Shown here in pieces: positions 22,851 to 36,566 of a stretch of DNA of 64,000 bases. This DNA comes from Chiloscyllium plagiosum. Lineage: Eukaryota. A program made the translations under genes and the position numbers. How positions within the stretch are numbered: the stretch's first letter is position 1; each line of letters opens with the position of its first letter. The notes beneath the pieces were generated by a model. The model made no database searches and was not told where the DNA came from. It was given only the letters and a program-made list of their open reading frames with translations. The stretch is taken from positions 83,250,345-83,314,344 of the forward strand of contig NC_057718.1 in assembly GCF_004010195.1 (NCBI RefSeq), in the 5' to 3' direction.

Positions 22851-25800
22851 CAACAGTCAAGAGGTGAGAGTGAGGACCAGAGGGCTGCTGGGAAGGTGAG
22901 TTGAAACCATTTAAAAAAAAAAAAACTTACCTTGGGTGTCAGGGCCTCCATTTGTCAAGAGGTGAGAACGAGGACCAGAGGGCTACTGGGAAGGTGAATG
23001 AAACCGTTTTATTTGGATAGTGGCTGAATCAGTGACACTACACGTTTAGTGTCTCCCACCTGCCCTCCTCCTCTAACAAAAACAACAGTCTTACTTAAGC
23101 TAAGACTAAAGCTAAAGTTAAGGTTGAAAATGGCAGGAGATCTCAGACCCATGTTCAGCTCCTCTTGCTCAATGTGGGTGCTCAGGCATACAGCTGATGT
23201 CCCTGGCCCTTTCACGTGCAGGAAGTATGTCCGGTTGCAGCTGTTGTTAGATCGCATGACGGCTCTGGAGCTGTGGATGGACTAACGTTGGACTATACAT
23301 GATGCTGAGGGGGTTGTGGATAGTACGTTTAGTGTTTTGGTTGCACTGCAGATTAAGATTGTTGAGGGACTGGGTGACCAAAAGGCAGAGAAAAAGAGCA
23401 GAAAGGCAGTGCAGGTACCCCTGCGGTTGTCCCCTCCTAAACAGGTATACCGTTTTGGATGCTGTTGGGGGAGATGGCTCACCCGGAGAAGATAGCAGTA
23501 GCTAGGTTCACGGCACGGTGGCTGGCTCTGCTCTACAGAAGGGCAGGAAAAGAAAAGTGTGGAAGGGCTATAGTCATAGGGGATTCAATTGTAAGGCGGG
23601 GGAGGGGGGTGAGATAGGCAGTTCTGTGGTTGAAAACAAGACTCCCAAATGGTATGTTGCCTCCCAGGTGGATGGGTCAGGGATGTCTCAGATCAGCTGC
23701 AGAACATTCTCAAGGGGGAGGGTGAACAGCCAGTTGCCGTGGTGCATATTGGCACGAACAATATCAGTCAAAAACAGGATGAGATCCTACAAGCAGAATT
23801 TAAGGAGCCAAGTTAAAAAGTAGGAGCTCAGAGGTAGTAATCTCAGGATTGCTACCAGTGCCACGTGCTAGTCAGAGTAGGAATGTTGAATAAGCAGGAT
23901 GAATGCATGGCTTGACAGATGGTGCAGGAGGGAGGGGTTCAGAGTTTTGGGACCGGTTCTGGGGGGAGGTGGGACTATTACAAATTGGATGGTCTCCACC
24001 TGAGCCGAACTGGAACCAATGTCCTTGGGGGCGCTTTTGCTAATGCTGTTGGGGAGGGTTTAAACTAATGTGGCAGGGGGATGGGAACCAAATGAGGAGG
24101 TTAGTGAACAGGAAGGAGGTAGCAACTAAAGTCTGCAAGGAACTAGATAATGAAGTCAGCGTGACTAAGGGGAAGTGGAGGTAGGGAGCAGATGATGAAT
24201 GCAAAGGGACTGGTGATCTGAGGTGCATTTGTTTTAATGCAAGAAGTGCAGTAGGTAAAGCAGATGACCTCAGGGCTTGGATTAGTACCTGGGAGCATGA
24301 TGTTATTGCTAGGACTTAGACTTGTTTAAGGGAAGGGCATGATTGGCAATTAAATATCCCAGGATATCAATGCTTCAGGCAGAATAGAATAGGAGGTAAA
24401 CGGGTGGAGGAGTTGGATTACTAGTCAGAGAAATTATCACAGTTGTGCTGAAGGAAGACACTATGGAGACTCAAGCAGTAAGGCAATATGGGCAGAGCTC
24501 AGAAATAGGAAGGGTGCAATAACAATGTTGGGACTGTACTACAGGCCTCCCAACAGCAAAAGTGAGTTAGAGGTGCAAATATGTAAACAGATTATGGAAA
24601 GATATAAGAGCAACAGGGTGGTGGTGATAGGAGATTTTAATTTTCCCAACATTGACTGGGATTCACTTAGTGTTAGAGGTCTACATGGAGCAGAATTTGT
24701 AAAGAGCATTAAGGAGGGTTTTCTAGAGCAGAATGTAAATAATCCAACTCGGGAAGGGGCCATACTGGACCTGGTGTTGGGAAATGTGCCCGGCCATGTG
24801 GTTCAGTAAGGGATTACTTTAGGAATAGTGATCACAATTCCATAAGTTTTAGAATACTCATGGACAAAGACAAAAGGAAGAGTGCCAACTATACCAAAAT
24901 TCGGCAGGAGCTAGGAAATGTAGATTCAGAGCAGCTATTTGAAGGTAAATCCACATTCGATATGTGGGAGGCTTTTAAAGAGAGGTTGATTAGAGTTCAG
25001 GAAAGTTATGTACCTGTGAAAATGAAGGATCGAAATGGCAAGGTTAGGGAACCCTGGATGACAGGTGAAATTGTGAGACAAGCTAAGAGGAAAAAGGATG
25101 CGTACATAAGGTCAAGACTACTGAAGACAGACAAAACTTTGGAAGAATATCGGGAATGTAGGACCAATCGGAAATGAGGAATTAAGAGGCTAAAAGGGTT
25201 ATTAGATATCTTTAGCAAACAGGGTTAAGGAAAATCCCAAAGCCTTTTATTCATATATAAGGAGCAAGAGGGTAACTAGAGAAAAGGTTGGCCCACTCAA
25301 GGACAAAGAAGGAAAGTTATGTGTGGAGTCAAAGAAAATGGGTGAGATTCTTAATGAGTACTTAATGAGTACTTAATGAGTATTCACCGAGGTGAGGGAC
25401 ATGATGGATGTTGAGGTTAGGGATAGATGCTGGAGTACTCTAGATCAAGTCAGTAGAAGGAGGGAGGATGTTTTGGGTATTCTAAAAGGCATTAAGATGG
25501 ACAAGTCCCCAGGTCCGGATGGGATCTACCCCAGGTTACTGAGGGAAGCAAGAGAGGAAATAACTGGGGCTTTAACAGATATCTTTGCAGCATCCTTGAA
25601 CATGGGTAAGGTCTTAGAGGACTGGAGAATTGCTAATGCTGTCCCCGTGTTTAAGAAGGGTAGCAGGGATATGCCGGGTAACTATAGATCGGTGAGCCTG
25701 ACGTCAGTGGTAGGGAAGCTGCTGGAGAAGATACTGAGGAATAGGATCTATTCCCATTTGGAAGAAAATGGGCTTATCAATAATGGTCAGGGAAGGTCAT

Positions 25801-27462
25801 GTCTTACAAACCTAATAGAATTTTGAGGTGGTGACAAAGTTGATTGATTGAGGGGGAGTGCTGTAGATGTAATATACGTGGACTTTAGTAAGGCATTTGA
25901 TAAGGTTCCCCATGGTCGGCTGATGGAGAAGGTGTCGCACGGTGTCCAGGGTGTTCGAGCTAGATGGATAGAGAACTGGCTGGGTAACAGGAGACAGAGT
26001 AATAGTCGAAAGGAGTTTCTCAAAATGGAGACCTGTGATCAGTGGATCTAGGGATCCATGCTGGGACCACTGTTGTTTGCGATATATATAAATGATTTGT
26101 AGGATGGTTTCAGTTGCCTGATTAGCAAGTTTGCAGATGACATCAGGATTAGTGTAGGGGGTAGCAGATTGTGAAGGGGACTGTCAGAGAATACAGCAGA
26201 ATATAGACAGATTGGAGAGATGGGCAGAGAAATAGCAGTTGGAGTTCAATCCGGGTAAATGCGAGATGATGCATTTTGGAAAATTCAATTCAAGAGCAAA
26301 CCGTACAGTAAATGGAAAAGTCCTGGGGAAAATTGATATACAGAGACATCTGGGTGTTTAGGTCCATTGTTCCCTGAAGGTGGAACGCAGGTCAGTAAAG
26401 TGGTCAAGAAGGCATACGGCTTGCTTTCCTTCATTGGATGGGGTATTGAGTACAAGAGTTGGCAGGTCATGTTACAGTTGTATAGGACTTTGGTTCGGCT
26501 GCATTTGGAATACAGTAAACTCCTGAAGAAGGGTTATACCCGAAATGTCAACTTCACCGCTTCCTGCATACAGTTCTGGACACCACATTGCGAAAAGGAT
26601 GTGGATGCTTTGGACAGGGTGCAGAGAAGGTTCACCAGGAATGTTGCCTAATATGGAGGGTGCTAGCTATAAGGAGAGTCATAGAGTTGTACAGCATGGA
26701 AACAGACCCTTCGGTCCAACCTGTCCATGCCGACCAGATATCCCAACCCAATCTAGTCCCACCCACCAGCACCCGGCCCATATCCTTCCAAACCCTTCCT
26801 ATTCATATACCCATCCAAATGCCTCTTAAATGTTGCAATTGTACCAGCCGCCATCACATCCTCTGGCAGCTCATTCTATACACGTACCACTCTCTGCGTG
26901 AAAAAGTTGCCCCTTAGGTCTCTTTTATATCTTTCCCCTCTCACCCTAAACCTATGCCCTCTAGTTCTGGACTCCCCGACCCCAGGGAAAAGACTTTGCC
27001 TATTTACCTTATCCATGCCCCTCATAATTTTGTAGGTTGAATAGATTAGGATTATTTTCATTCGAAAGACAGAGGTTGAGGGGGGAACCTGATTGAGGTC
27101 TACAAAATAATGAGACGTATAGACAGGGTGGATATCAAGAATCTTTTTTCCCCAGAGCGCGGAACTCAATTACTGGGGGTCACGTGCTCAAAGAGAGGGG
27201 AAAGGTTTAGGGGAGATATGCGTGGAAAGTTCTTCACGTAGAGGATAGTGGGGGCCTGGAACACGTTGCCAGCAGAGGTGGTAGAGGCAGGAACAATTGC
27301 ATCACTTAAGATGTATCTAGACAGATACATGAATGGGCAGGGAGCAAAGGGATACAGATCCTGAGAAAATAGGTGGCAGGGTTAGATAGAGGATCTGGAT
27401 CGGCGCAGGCTTGGAGGGCCAAAGGGCCTGTTCCTATGCTGTAATTTTCTTTGTTCTTAGTT
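22850..27462 (+). mobile_element. Near full-length CR1 LINE (5'UTR, ORF1, ORF2), decayed
   Basis: ORF1 has a Cys-finger (~23130) and SGNH esterase motifs VIGDSIVR (~23573) and DGLHL (~23988). ORF2 has YRPPN, GDFNFP, KSPGPDG, DFSKAFDKV and FADD. Ends in a TTCTTTGTTCTT tail. Confidence 0.93.
26678..27033 (-). mobile_element. Younger CR1 3' fragment inserted antisense into the CR1
   Basis: YKIMRGMDKVN..RGHRFRVRG..RGNFFTQRVV on the minus strand; the host CR1 resumes at AGGTTGAATAG. Confidence 0.85.
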
Positions 27463-27654
27463 TAGCTACAACAGATAAATTGAGGAAAGTGGTGACAAGA
27501 TACAGCTGCTTTTTTGAACATGTCACTGAGGGACAGCATACTGTGATACTGTAAACTTCAAAATTTTAATCAGTGTTCAGGGATCCTAAGAATCAGAAAT
27601 AACACTTTCTGGAATAAACTGTTTCCTGAGTTGAAAGGGACAAGAAGAAACAGT

Positions 27655-27865
27655 TATAAAGGAATTAAAGACAAAAAAAAATGGAATCCAAAGTAAACAA
27701 GCAGGAGGCTCAAAAAGCATAGCAAACCAGGCAGCATCAGGAGGTGGAGAAGTTGACAAGTAAACTCCTGAAGGGTTATACCCGAAATGTCGACTTCACC
27801 ACTTCCTCATGCTGCCTGGCTTGCTATGCTCTTCCAGCCTCCTGCTTGTCTATAAAGGAATTAAA
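27655..27865. repeat. Palindromic Penelope-derived element with 15-bp target duplication
   Basis: TATAAAGGAATTAAA at 27655-27669 and 27851-27865; inverted arms; eroded hammerhead core. Confidence 0.8.
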
Positions 27866-28479
27866 AGGAAATGCCAATTCACCATCATGGGGAAGGAGTC
27901 AAAGTATCATAAAAACAAGCTGTTTCCTGGAAGACAGGAGGTAACAACTGACGATAATCTGCTGCCTTGTGACAAATGGGCAAGCAATACTTCCTACAGA
28001 AGGAATGTCCTGAGGCGGAGGGGTTAATTGCATGAAAGTGCGCTTCAAACAAACCGCTAATAATGAATGTAAGGAACAGGGAAGTTAATCCTAAGAAGGA
28101 GGCAAGCTACAGACTTGATGACTCCAGAAGTGTAATCCAAGATGTGGATGAATGTATCATCAATAACATCACACTGGAAACTTCAAGACAGAAAATTCTA
28201 CAAGAATTCAACTTAAGGATTCTTCAGTGGCTGAACTGCAGAGAACAGCATGCCACAAGGATCGAACCCTGGACATTCAGAGACAGATGCTGTTAATTGG
28301 AACTGTAGCTAAATTCCAACATTAGTTGGATAATAGCTAAGTTAAAACGTGAGGGTTAACTTACTTACTTGAATGGTCTTATTTTGGTTGCTACATGCAA
28401 TAAAATTTAAGTAATCGTTTCAGTATTTGATTGAGATTTCTTAACAAATACTCAATTTAAAGGTAGCTTGTCGTAATTT

Positions 28480-28900
28480 ACATACAGCAATATAGTTAAG
28501 AAATAATAGGGGATAAAGGATTGAATTTTGGGAACACCAGAGACAACAGGAACGGGATGAGAAGCTATTGAAAATTATTCCCTGGCTTCAATTACATAAG
28601 AATGGAACTAGGTGAGTGCAATTAGAGGACAGAGATGCATTGCAGGAGGATTTTGTAGTTAACTGTGTCAAAGAATGCTAACAGGTTGAAAAGTACAAGG
28701 ATTGCAGGTTTACCTTTGTCACAGTGGATGTTATTTGTGACTTTGATCGGAGTAGTTTCAATATTGTTACAAGGGCAGAAAGCCCAGTGAAGGCGTTCAA
28801 ACAGAGTTGTGTCAAAGGTGGGAATAGATTTGGAAGGCAGTAAACTTTTCAAGTATCTAGGGGAGGAGGAAGAAGCTGGGAATTTGTAACATCTGGGGTT
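28480..28900 (-). mobile_element. L2-type LINE RT relic
   Basis: ETTPIKVTNNIHCDKGKPAILVLFNLLAFFDTVN (L2 RT motif). Confidence 0.6.
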
Positions 28901-30037
28901 TGCTTCAAATTTACTTAGAAAGAATATGATCAATTACTATTACAGTCTAAGTTGAGATGCTATGGAATGGTAGTTTAAAATAGAATATCCTTTATTGTCA
29001 CATGTACTCCAGTACAGAAATACAGGAGTACAATGAAAGGCTTTTACAATGGCCGCCTCTAATGGCGCCACCTTAGGTACAGGGACCTAGGTACAAATCT
29101 TGGATACAAAGAGGAATAATGGATAAGTAGTAGCTTTACTCAGTGTCCAAAAAATAAGTTAGAAATAAGGATTGAAAAAGGAAATTGGAGGAGTGAAGGG
29201 CTGGTTTTAAGACAGAGACTTGAAGAGGGAAAGGCATTAACAAAATTGACTAACATGGAGACCAGGAGGGAATGTTGGCTGGTCAGCAGGTTTGAAGTGC
29301 TTTGTATAGTTTTCTTGTAATATTCAAAGGTTACTTTTTTTGAGATGACACAGGACTCAGAACTACTCTAATAGAAAGACAGATTTTTTTTCTCATCACT
29401 GCTGCCATTTTATCTCTGGATCACTCACTGCCCAGAGGCAGACTGCCAGATAAATCAGCTTTCCTCAAAGGCATGGGATAACCCTCTTAATCAGCCACTA
29501 CCCTCCCATCAAGCAGCCACCTTTCACTGACCCTGGCAAGCCCCAGCCCCATGTGGGCAGTATCCTAAATGGCCAATGCAAGATTGAACTGGACTTCCAG
29601 CCCCTTGTTGGGGTCCCCACAACTCTGACTAATTTCAGCCCAAAAGCTCAACCAGTGACAGAACTGACTCAGCTGTTCTTGAATGCAGACCTGATCTGCA
29701 TGCTTTCAATTGGTACATTCGGATGGCAGCAGGTGTAAAAGAGAAGATGCAGTGAGCAGAACTGAATGAATTTAACACCTGAATCTTAGTTGTGTATTTA
29801 TGCTAGAAATGAAAACTGGATTTAAAGTTTAGAGAGTTTAAGTAAGAGCCATGTCAAAAATTTGCTGTACAGAATTAGAGAATCAAATTGTCTTTGAAAG
29901 TCAACATAAATTTGTAGTTTGGAAAATGTATAAGTAGAAAAGACAAATTTAAATGATTATTCATATGACTTTTTAAAAATATGATAATTCCCACATTTCA
30001 ATGCAACAGATCCTCGAGGTTGAAAAGAAACCCTTAC

Positions 30038-30130
30038 CTATTGATTCAATTTGAAAAGTGAATGTTAGTTCTGATGATAGCTTTCTGCTCGATTTCAATC
30101 TACCTCGGAGATTTACAATCTTTAAACATC
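30038..30130 (-). CDS. MAP4K3: MAP4K3 exon (CNH domain)
   Basis: (R)CLKIVNLRGRLKSSRKLSSELTFTFQIESI; 93 bp. Confidence 0.96.
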
Positions 30131-32046
30131 CTGGCATGTTAAAGCACAAAAGAGAAACAAATATGTAATTGAATAGTATACTTTGGTATATTTCCAAAGA
30201 TGGAGTATCAATATAGTTCCTTGAAGTGTTCCAAACACATGTGAAAAATAATATTCTTGCTAATTAACTAACGGTGAACATTTATTGAAAGAGGCATATT
30301 ACCTATCAATACTTTAAACAATTACGCATTTACTTTCAAAATATTCAACAAATACGTTTAATAGAATTCATTAGGCAAGTGTGAATATTTTTTACCTTTT
30401 CTTCAATTTTGTCACAAAGATGACTTAAGTGTAAAATTAGTTTTTAATCCATGTTTCAATAAGTATGGTGTATAGGTGAAGCTATATTCTAATATTGTAA
30501 CTGAACAAGTTGTATCAAGATGATTATCTATTAAAAACCCATCTCAGGTAAATCAGATGAGCTTACCTACCTTATATAATTCTTGCTCTTTTTTACAAGG
30601 TCTTCTATAAATCCATGTGGTTTTAAATTAAACAGGGTCCAAATCAGCACTATAAATATTCTATCTACTTTACAATGAGGTTGTCTCCAGTGAAGACGAG
30701 GTGTTTTTTTTAAAAAGTATGAGGAAAGTTTGATTAACTACTTTTGTCAACAGTTAGTTATGGCCTTAGACTTCACAAACAAGCATTTTCAGTTGATAAT
30801 AGCTTCAGCAGAAAAACCCCAGACTGACAGTGTGTCAAAGTTTGGGGCAGTATCCATTTAACAGAGTCACATGGCACTGCTAAGTCATCAGCCAAGTTCG
30901 CAAGCTTGTTAGACTAGTTTGAGCCTGTGCAGAGTACACAGCCTCAGAACAAAATCTCCCTGTTGGGTTGCAGACAATGACAGGTGTTATTTAGCTCTGA
31001 TTGGAGCCTAGTAACTGCCCAGTGTAGAATAACTTCCGGTAAACAGCATCTTTAAGAAATTCATAATAACCAAAGGACTTATTTATTGGTATTTTTGTAA
31101 CACAGATGCAGTTAAATGAATGTTACTTGACCACATAAATAACCATTTCCCAAGACCTAACAGAACAAGGGAACAAGTAGTGCATATATTAAGGATAATT
31201 AAGTAAAATTACATAAAATAAAATATAAATAAGTTAATTTACTGTGAATTGATTGTATAGATGTAAGTAATCAGTGGGGTTAGAGTTTTATGAAGTATGG
31301 TTACTGAATTAAAGTTCTCTCTAAAAGTGAGGACTTGGACTATTTAAATATAATTATCTTATACAGTATAATACTATTAACTGAAAAAAACCTTCATTAA
31401 GATACTCCTCAGCAAGCAGCTCAAAAATATAATATTGAATATATTTTTCTGAAAAACAAAACCTACAATGCCAAAAAGGGGGAAAAAAATACTGTACAGT
31501 GGTTTTGAGCTCTGCCCTTTCAGTTCTGAGATATAGGTTAGATACTAACTTGGGCTAAAACTGGATGAAAACTGAGCCTTAGCAGGAAAGTTATCCCAGG
31601 TGAAATGAACTGAGGTAATCTCAAATCATTTTCCATTAGATTGGATCAACAGTGCAACCACAATGCTTGCTATAACTCAGAACAAACTAGCATGAAATTA
31701 TCAATTTTGCTTAGAAGGGCCATTAAAATCAAAAAGCAACAGTTTAAAACAAGGGAATAAACAGACTGATATGAAGGTTGAAGACACACCATTTAAAGTT
31801 TAAAAAAAACTTCAGTTTTTCCTTGATGCACTCACTGGGTGCTAATAGTTTATTATTTAACCACAGAATTAATAAAATTATAAAAAGGAGGCTATTCTGT
31901 TATTTGTAACAGTGTCATCTCACTGAAAGAACTACTGTACCAATTCACTCAAATATCTACATAATAATAAGCTAATTATAGAATTTAGTTTTCAATATAA
32001 TTTAGCCACTTTTTTTTAAAAAACAAAGTTTTTTTTGGAAACTTAC

Positions 32047-32115
32047 GATCCATGCAGACTATTATTGTATCTCTTTCTAGCTGGGTTACGTGGATGACAT
32101 TTGCCTGTGGCATAT
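32047..32115 (-). CDS. MAP4K3: MAP4K3 exon (CNH domain)
   Basis: (D)MPQANVIHVTQLERDTIIVCMD; 69 bp. Confidence 0.95.
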
Positions 32116-33533
32116 CTGTAACAAGTGATAAAACAGCATTACTCATCTGCAGCATATTTACAGCTTTCTTCTAAACATTTATTTTTCCTGTGAAATAGAC
32201 GAGAGACTGTGAACCAGTGGAAATTGCTCAGGCTTTGTAGTGAGTGTTTAACCTTATTTTTTTTCGTGAGTGAGCAGTGGTGATTAAAGGCAACTCTACT
32301 CTGACAAGTTCTGACAAATATCTCCAAATGTATGTTTCCTTTCACCTTGAATGCAAAGAAATTGCAATGTTAATTTTCTAAATGCCAGACTAAATTATTG
32401 ATGTGAACTAATAACATGCAGTACAAATAAACTTAAAAATTAAAAACCTGAACCTTTTAAACAGGTTTCAGTAAATACTCACATTTGCCTCTCAACTGAT
32501 CTGGAGGAAGACAAGAAATGAGGCAAAGTTGCAGTATATTCATCTAATCCGACAAATTACATAACTAATCTATGCTCATTTCCATTCCATACTTGAGATC
32601 TGTGGTTGCATACAACACAGGAAGCATTATATTCATGACCTTTCTAATTGTTTATGGATGGCAAGAGCACCATGGTGTTACATGATTCATTTTGCTTTTG
32701 CGCAGGAAGTTGGATGAAAATGCAAAATAAATTTGCATCCTCAAAAAGTGATAATATCCACTTAAATGTCATTTTACAGCACCCTCAAGCTAAATGTTGA
32801 CAAAAACAACATCCACATATGGCAGTTGCAAAGCATACTGCCTCTTTTCATTGCACTGTTATGAGGAAGTAATGACAACAAACTTTGTGCACCAATCCAA
32901 TCTCTATATTCACAGAATCCAGCAGAGAGGCCCTCAACAAACTACTGAACCAAATGGACATTTGTAAAATTGTGGAATAAGACATGATTTTGATGTAGTG
33001 AAACATGTAGTTATACAATGTGACTGTACAGAAAGAAACTGCTGTCGTGTTCAAATCCAATCTTATCCAGTTTCTCCAGACCATGCCAACAGTACTATGG
33101 GAAAGGTAGCTCCTGAGTCACTTTTACTTAACTAAAAACAAGGCTACTTCAACTGTGTTGTAAATATATAACTAGAAAATAGGAAAGATATTGCAAACAG
33201 AACAAAATGTCAAGAGAGGCTTTTACTCTAATCTTCTCATTGCTGCCTCCTTCTCTCTCTTCCCCAGACATCCAGAAAAACATAAGCCTTGCATCTCTCT
33301 TCTAACAAGAGCAATAGTGGGAAAACTGGAACCAGATCTCTGCTGTTCTAATGTCACTTTGTTAAAAAAGAACTTAAAGCAAATCTGTTTCATCTTGGTT
33401 AACTTAGTAGTACAAAATGTATACAGAAGGTTATGGTAAATGACAACATATTTCCAGATCATTCAAATTAAACTTGAGTAAATAAAAATCATTTGTCATT
33501 ATGTTCATTTGTATTAAATCACAGTGGACATAC

Positions 33534-33705
33534 CTGTTTCAGTAAACCAACAAGAAGTAGAATTTGGATTAACAGTTTCAAATCGTACTACTTGGTTAAG
33601 TTCTGTTCCTTTACTGACAGCAACACATAGCAAGGGGTATTCTTGCTCTGGAACAACGAGTAGTTCAAAGACTTTCAATGGATTTGGCAGAGGGAAGTCG
33701 ACATG
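33534..33705 (-). CDS. MAP4K3: MAP4K3 exon (CNH domain)
   Basis: HVDFPLPNPLKVFELLVVPEQEYPLLCVAVSKGTELNQVVRFETVNPNSTSCWFTET; 172 bp. Confidence 0.96.
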
Positions 33706-34059
33706 CTAGGCCAAAAACAAAGGATATATGTTTTACATTACATTACTTGGGTGTACCAAATATAAATTCCTCATTTTAGATAATTCATTTAAGCTTTTTA
33801 AAATAACGTCCTATTTATGTTTATGAACTAAACAAACTAGGTCAAATGAAACTATTTTGCAAGAAAAAAATGAAATCACTCGTTTTGAGTAATTACACCA
33901 GAAGCTACAGCTACAATAAATTTAAATTTTCTAAACTAAATAAAAAGATACCAAGCCATGCATAAAATAGTAGTTTGGGAAGAACTGTACAAGGTACATA
34001 CTTATCGCAAGAACTATAAAGAAACAGGTTTTCAAGCCCCCAATTTAAATTACAAATGT

Positions 34060-34265
34060 TTGGTTGTGCTGATACGAATTACAAATAACGAAATCTGCAT
34101 ATCCCACAACAGTAAAAACATCCATCCCAACCCTTACCCACTACCCCCCTCAGCCCTGTGTCTTGTTTTCCCACTTCATCTAACAAAGGAGCACTGCTCC
34201 GAAAGCATGTGATTTCAAATACACCTGTTGGACTATAACCTGATGTGTGACTTTTGACTTTTTCC
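34060..34265 (+). repeat. Penelope-like 3' terminus fragment of a second family, decayed hammerhead
   Basis: CTAACAAAGGAGCACTGCTCCGAAAGC..ACACCTGTTGGACTATAACCTG. Confidence 0.55.
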
Positions 34266-34302
34266 CAGGACAAATTATTATCAATCCAGATTTTTAAGAA
34301 AT

Positions 34303-34646
34303 CAGCATGGTGGTTCAGTGGTTAGCACTGCTACCTCACAGTGCCAAGGACGTGGGCTTGATTCCTACCTTGGGCAACTGTTTGCGTGGAATTTGTACAT
34401 TCTGCCCGTATCTGCGTGGGTTTCCTTCAGGTGCTCTGGTTTCCTCCCACAATTCAAAGATGCGCAGGTTAGGTGAATTGGCCGTGCTAAATTGCCCATA
34501 GTGGTCAGGGATGTGTAGGTTATGTGCACTAGTCAGTGGTAAATGTAGAGTAATAGGGGAATTGGTCTGGGAGAGATACTCTTTGGAGGGTTGGTGTGGA
34601 CTTGCTGGGCCAAAGGGCCTGTTTCCAATCTGTAGGAATTCTATGA
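34303..34646 (+). mobile_element. V-SINE/HE1-like SINE
   Basis: Same head, V-domain and tail as 21412. Confidence 0.85.
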
Positions 34647-34901
34647 TCAAATATTTCCCAATTATTCTTAGGTTGACTAGGCCACGATGCATAAGACAAG
34701 AGGGTAGATGCAAACAAATAACAGCACAATTTTACATACAATCATATAAAATAGCAGAGTAGTTTAATGCCAAAGGCTAATGCCAGAGGAATGCAGGTTT
34801 GTAAATGTTGCAGCTCTGCTCAAACTCTGTTATTAGCCTTGCATTTTACAGGAAAAAGTAAAGATTTTGGACTGAACATCACTTGTAAACATTTCACTTA
34901 C

Positions 34902-35005
34902 TTTGATTAACATAAACTTTTGCATTTGCTCAACCCATTCCAACAAGACGATGCTGGATTGCAATGCACCACAAAGGTATTTGTGTCCTGTGTAAGGATT
35001 TCTCA
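34902..35005 (-). CDS. MAP4K3: MAP4K3 exon (CNH domain)
   Basis: (V)[34 protein letters not shown]; 104 bp. Confidence 0.97.
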
Positions 35006-35249
35006 CTGTAACAAACAATAAGCAACTTAGTATGTTTTCCAGTCAAGACTGATCAGGAATGCAATTAATTACATGATAACTAGCAGAACAGGAAAATAAA
35101 AAGTTAAACCCAGACAAATGTGAAGTAGTACATTTTGGAAGGAAACCACAGTTCCATCTTCAGCTTTCATTTCCTCTCCAAAGTACTGGAACATGTTGTC
35201 ACCTCCAGAATTGATCCTTTTTTTTCCTGAAACTCCCTAGTTGAATCCC

Positions 35250-36230
35250 TCCAATCAGGTCTCCATCCACGCCAAAGTGCCAAAATCAAAAGTAATACCC
35301 CACATGATTATGACAAAGGTAACTTTCCTTTCTCTCCATCTTAATTTATCAGCAATTCTGAAACAGTCAATAACTCCAGCTTCTTCTGCACTGCTGTTTC
35401 GCTTACCAAGACTGCTTAGAATATTTTATCTACCTAACCATAGCTGAAGAACCACTTGCATTCATGCCTTACGGTCTGGCACTGCTACGTCTGGTGTCTT
35501 TCAAGAATTGATCTTGGGTCCCTCCTATTTATGTACATGCTTATCATCCAAAAAGACCATTTACACATGCACACTGACAACACCCTACTTGTCTACTATT
35601 GCTTTACACTCTACTGCTGTTAAATAACCAGGCTGCTTTTCTTACATTCAATACTGAAATAGCATATATTTTCTCCAATCAAATATCCGAAAGACTGAAG
35701 TGATTGATTTTATTGTCTGTTTTAAAATTTGTTCCCTTGCAACTGACTCCTGGTGTTTCCCATGGTAGAACATGAGGTAAACTTAAGGTCATCCAAACCT
35801 CTGCTCCCTATGACTTCAATTACACCAAATCCCATTCATCAATCACCCTATGCTCACCAAGATCCTCTCAAACCAATATCATGATTTTTAAATTCATAAA
35901 GTTTTCAAACCCTCCTATGGTCTGACCTGCCCCATCTTCAGCTCTACAATTCTCTAAGATATTTACCTTCCTTTGAAACTGGCTTCTTGCGCAACCCCAA
36001 TTTTAATCTCTGTACCACTACTGGTTTCACCTTCAGTTACCTAAGCCCATTTTAACAGAAATACACTCCATTCACCTTTCCACCTCTTTCCTCCTTAAAA
36101 GCTACCTCTGATCAAGTCTCTGGTCATCTGACATTATGTGACATAGCATCATTTTGTGTGTTTATAAATGTTCCCTCTGAAACACCCTCAGATGTTACAT
36201 TATTACATTGAAAGTGCTAAAAAAGTGAGT
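35250..36230 (+). mobile_element. L2-like LINE relic, old
   Basis: Decayed GVxQGSxLGPLLF and YADD-like regions (~35490-35580). Confidence 0.5.
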
Positions 36231-36507
36231 TTTTTTTGTTGAATGGTTGTGAATTTTTGGAATTCTCTACCTCGAAGGGCGATAGATGCGACTGAGATCA
36301 GAAGATTTTTAGGTATTAAAAGGTATGTATAGGAGATAATGAGGATTGGACTGTAAAGTGGCGCCTTATTGATGATCATTAAGTGGTGGTGCAGCCTTGA
36401 AAGACTGTATGGTCTACTTCAGCTCTTACCTTTTACATTCTTGTTCTCGACTTGACTAAGACCCATACATACGGAGATAATCAAGAAAACAGAAAATATT
36501 TCCTTAC

Positions 36508-36566
36508 CTACACAACATTTTTGGCAGCCTTTTGTATCTGGAATTTTTGTAGATACAGCAAATTTC
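36508..36566 (-). CDS. MAP4K3: MAP4K3 exon (CNH domain)
   Basis: (R)KFAVSTKIPDTKGCQKCCV; 59 bp. Confidence 0.95.

Noticed and set aside
25348..25385. Triplicated TTAATGAGTAC; similar short duplications at 41210-41258 and 41633-41682
   Set aside because: Ordinary slippage duplications inside dead LINEs.
30563..30606. Possible cassette micro-exon (AG..GTAG GTAAGC on minus)
   Set aside because: 34 or 38 nt would break frame, the pyrimidine tract is weak, and the flanking exons already join in phase.
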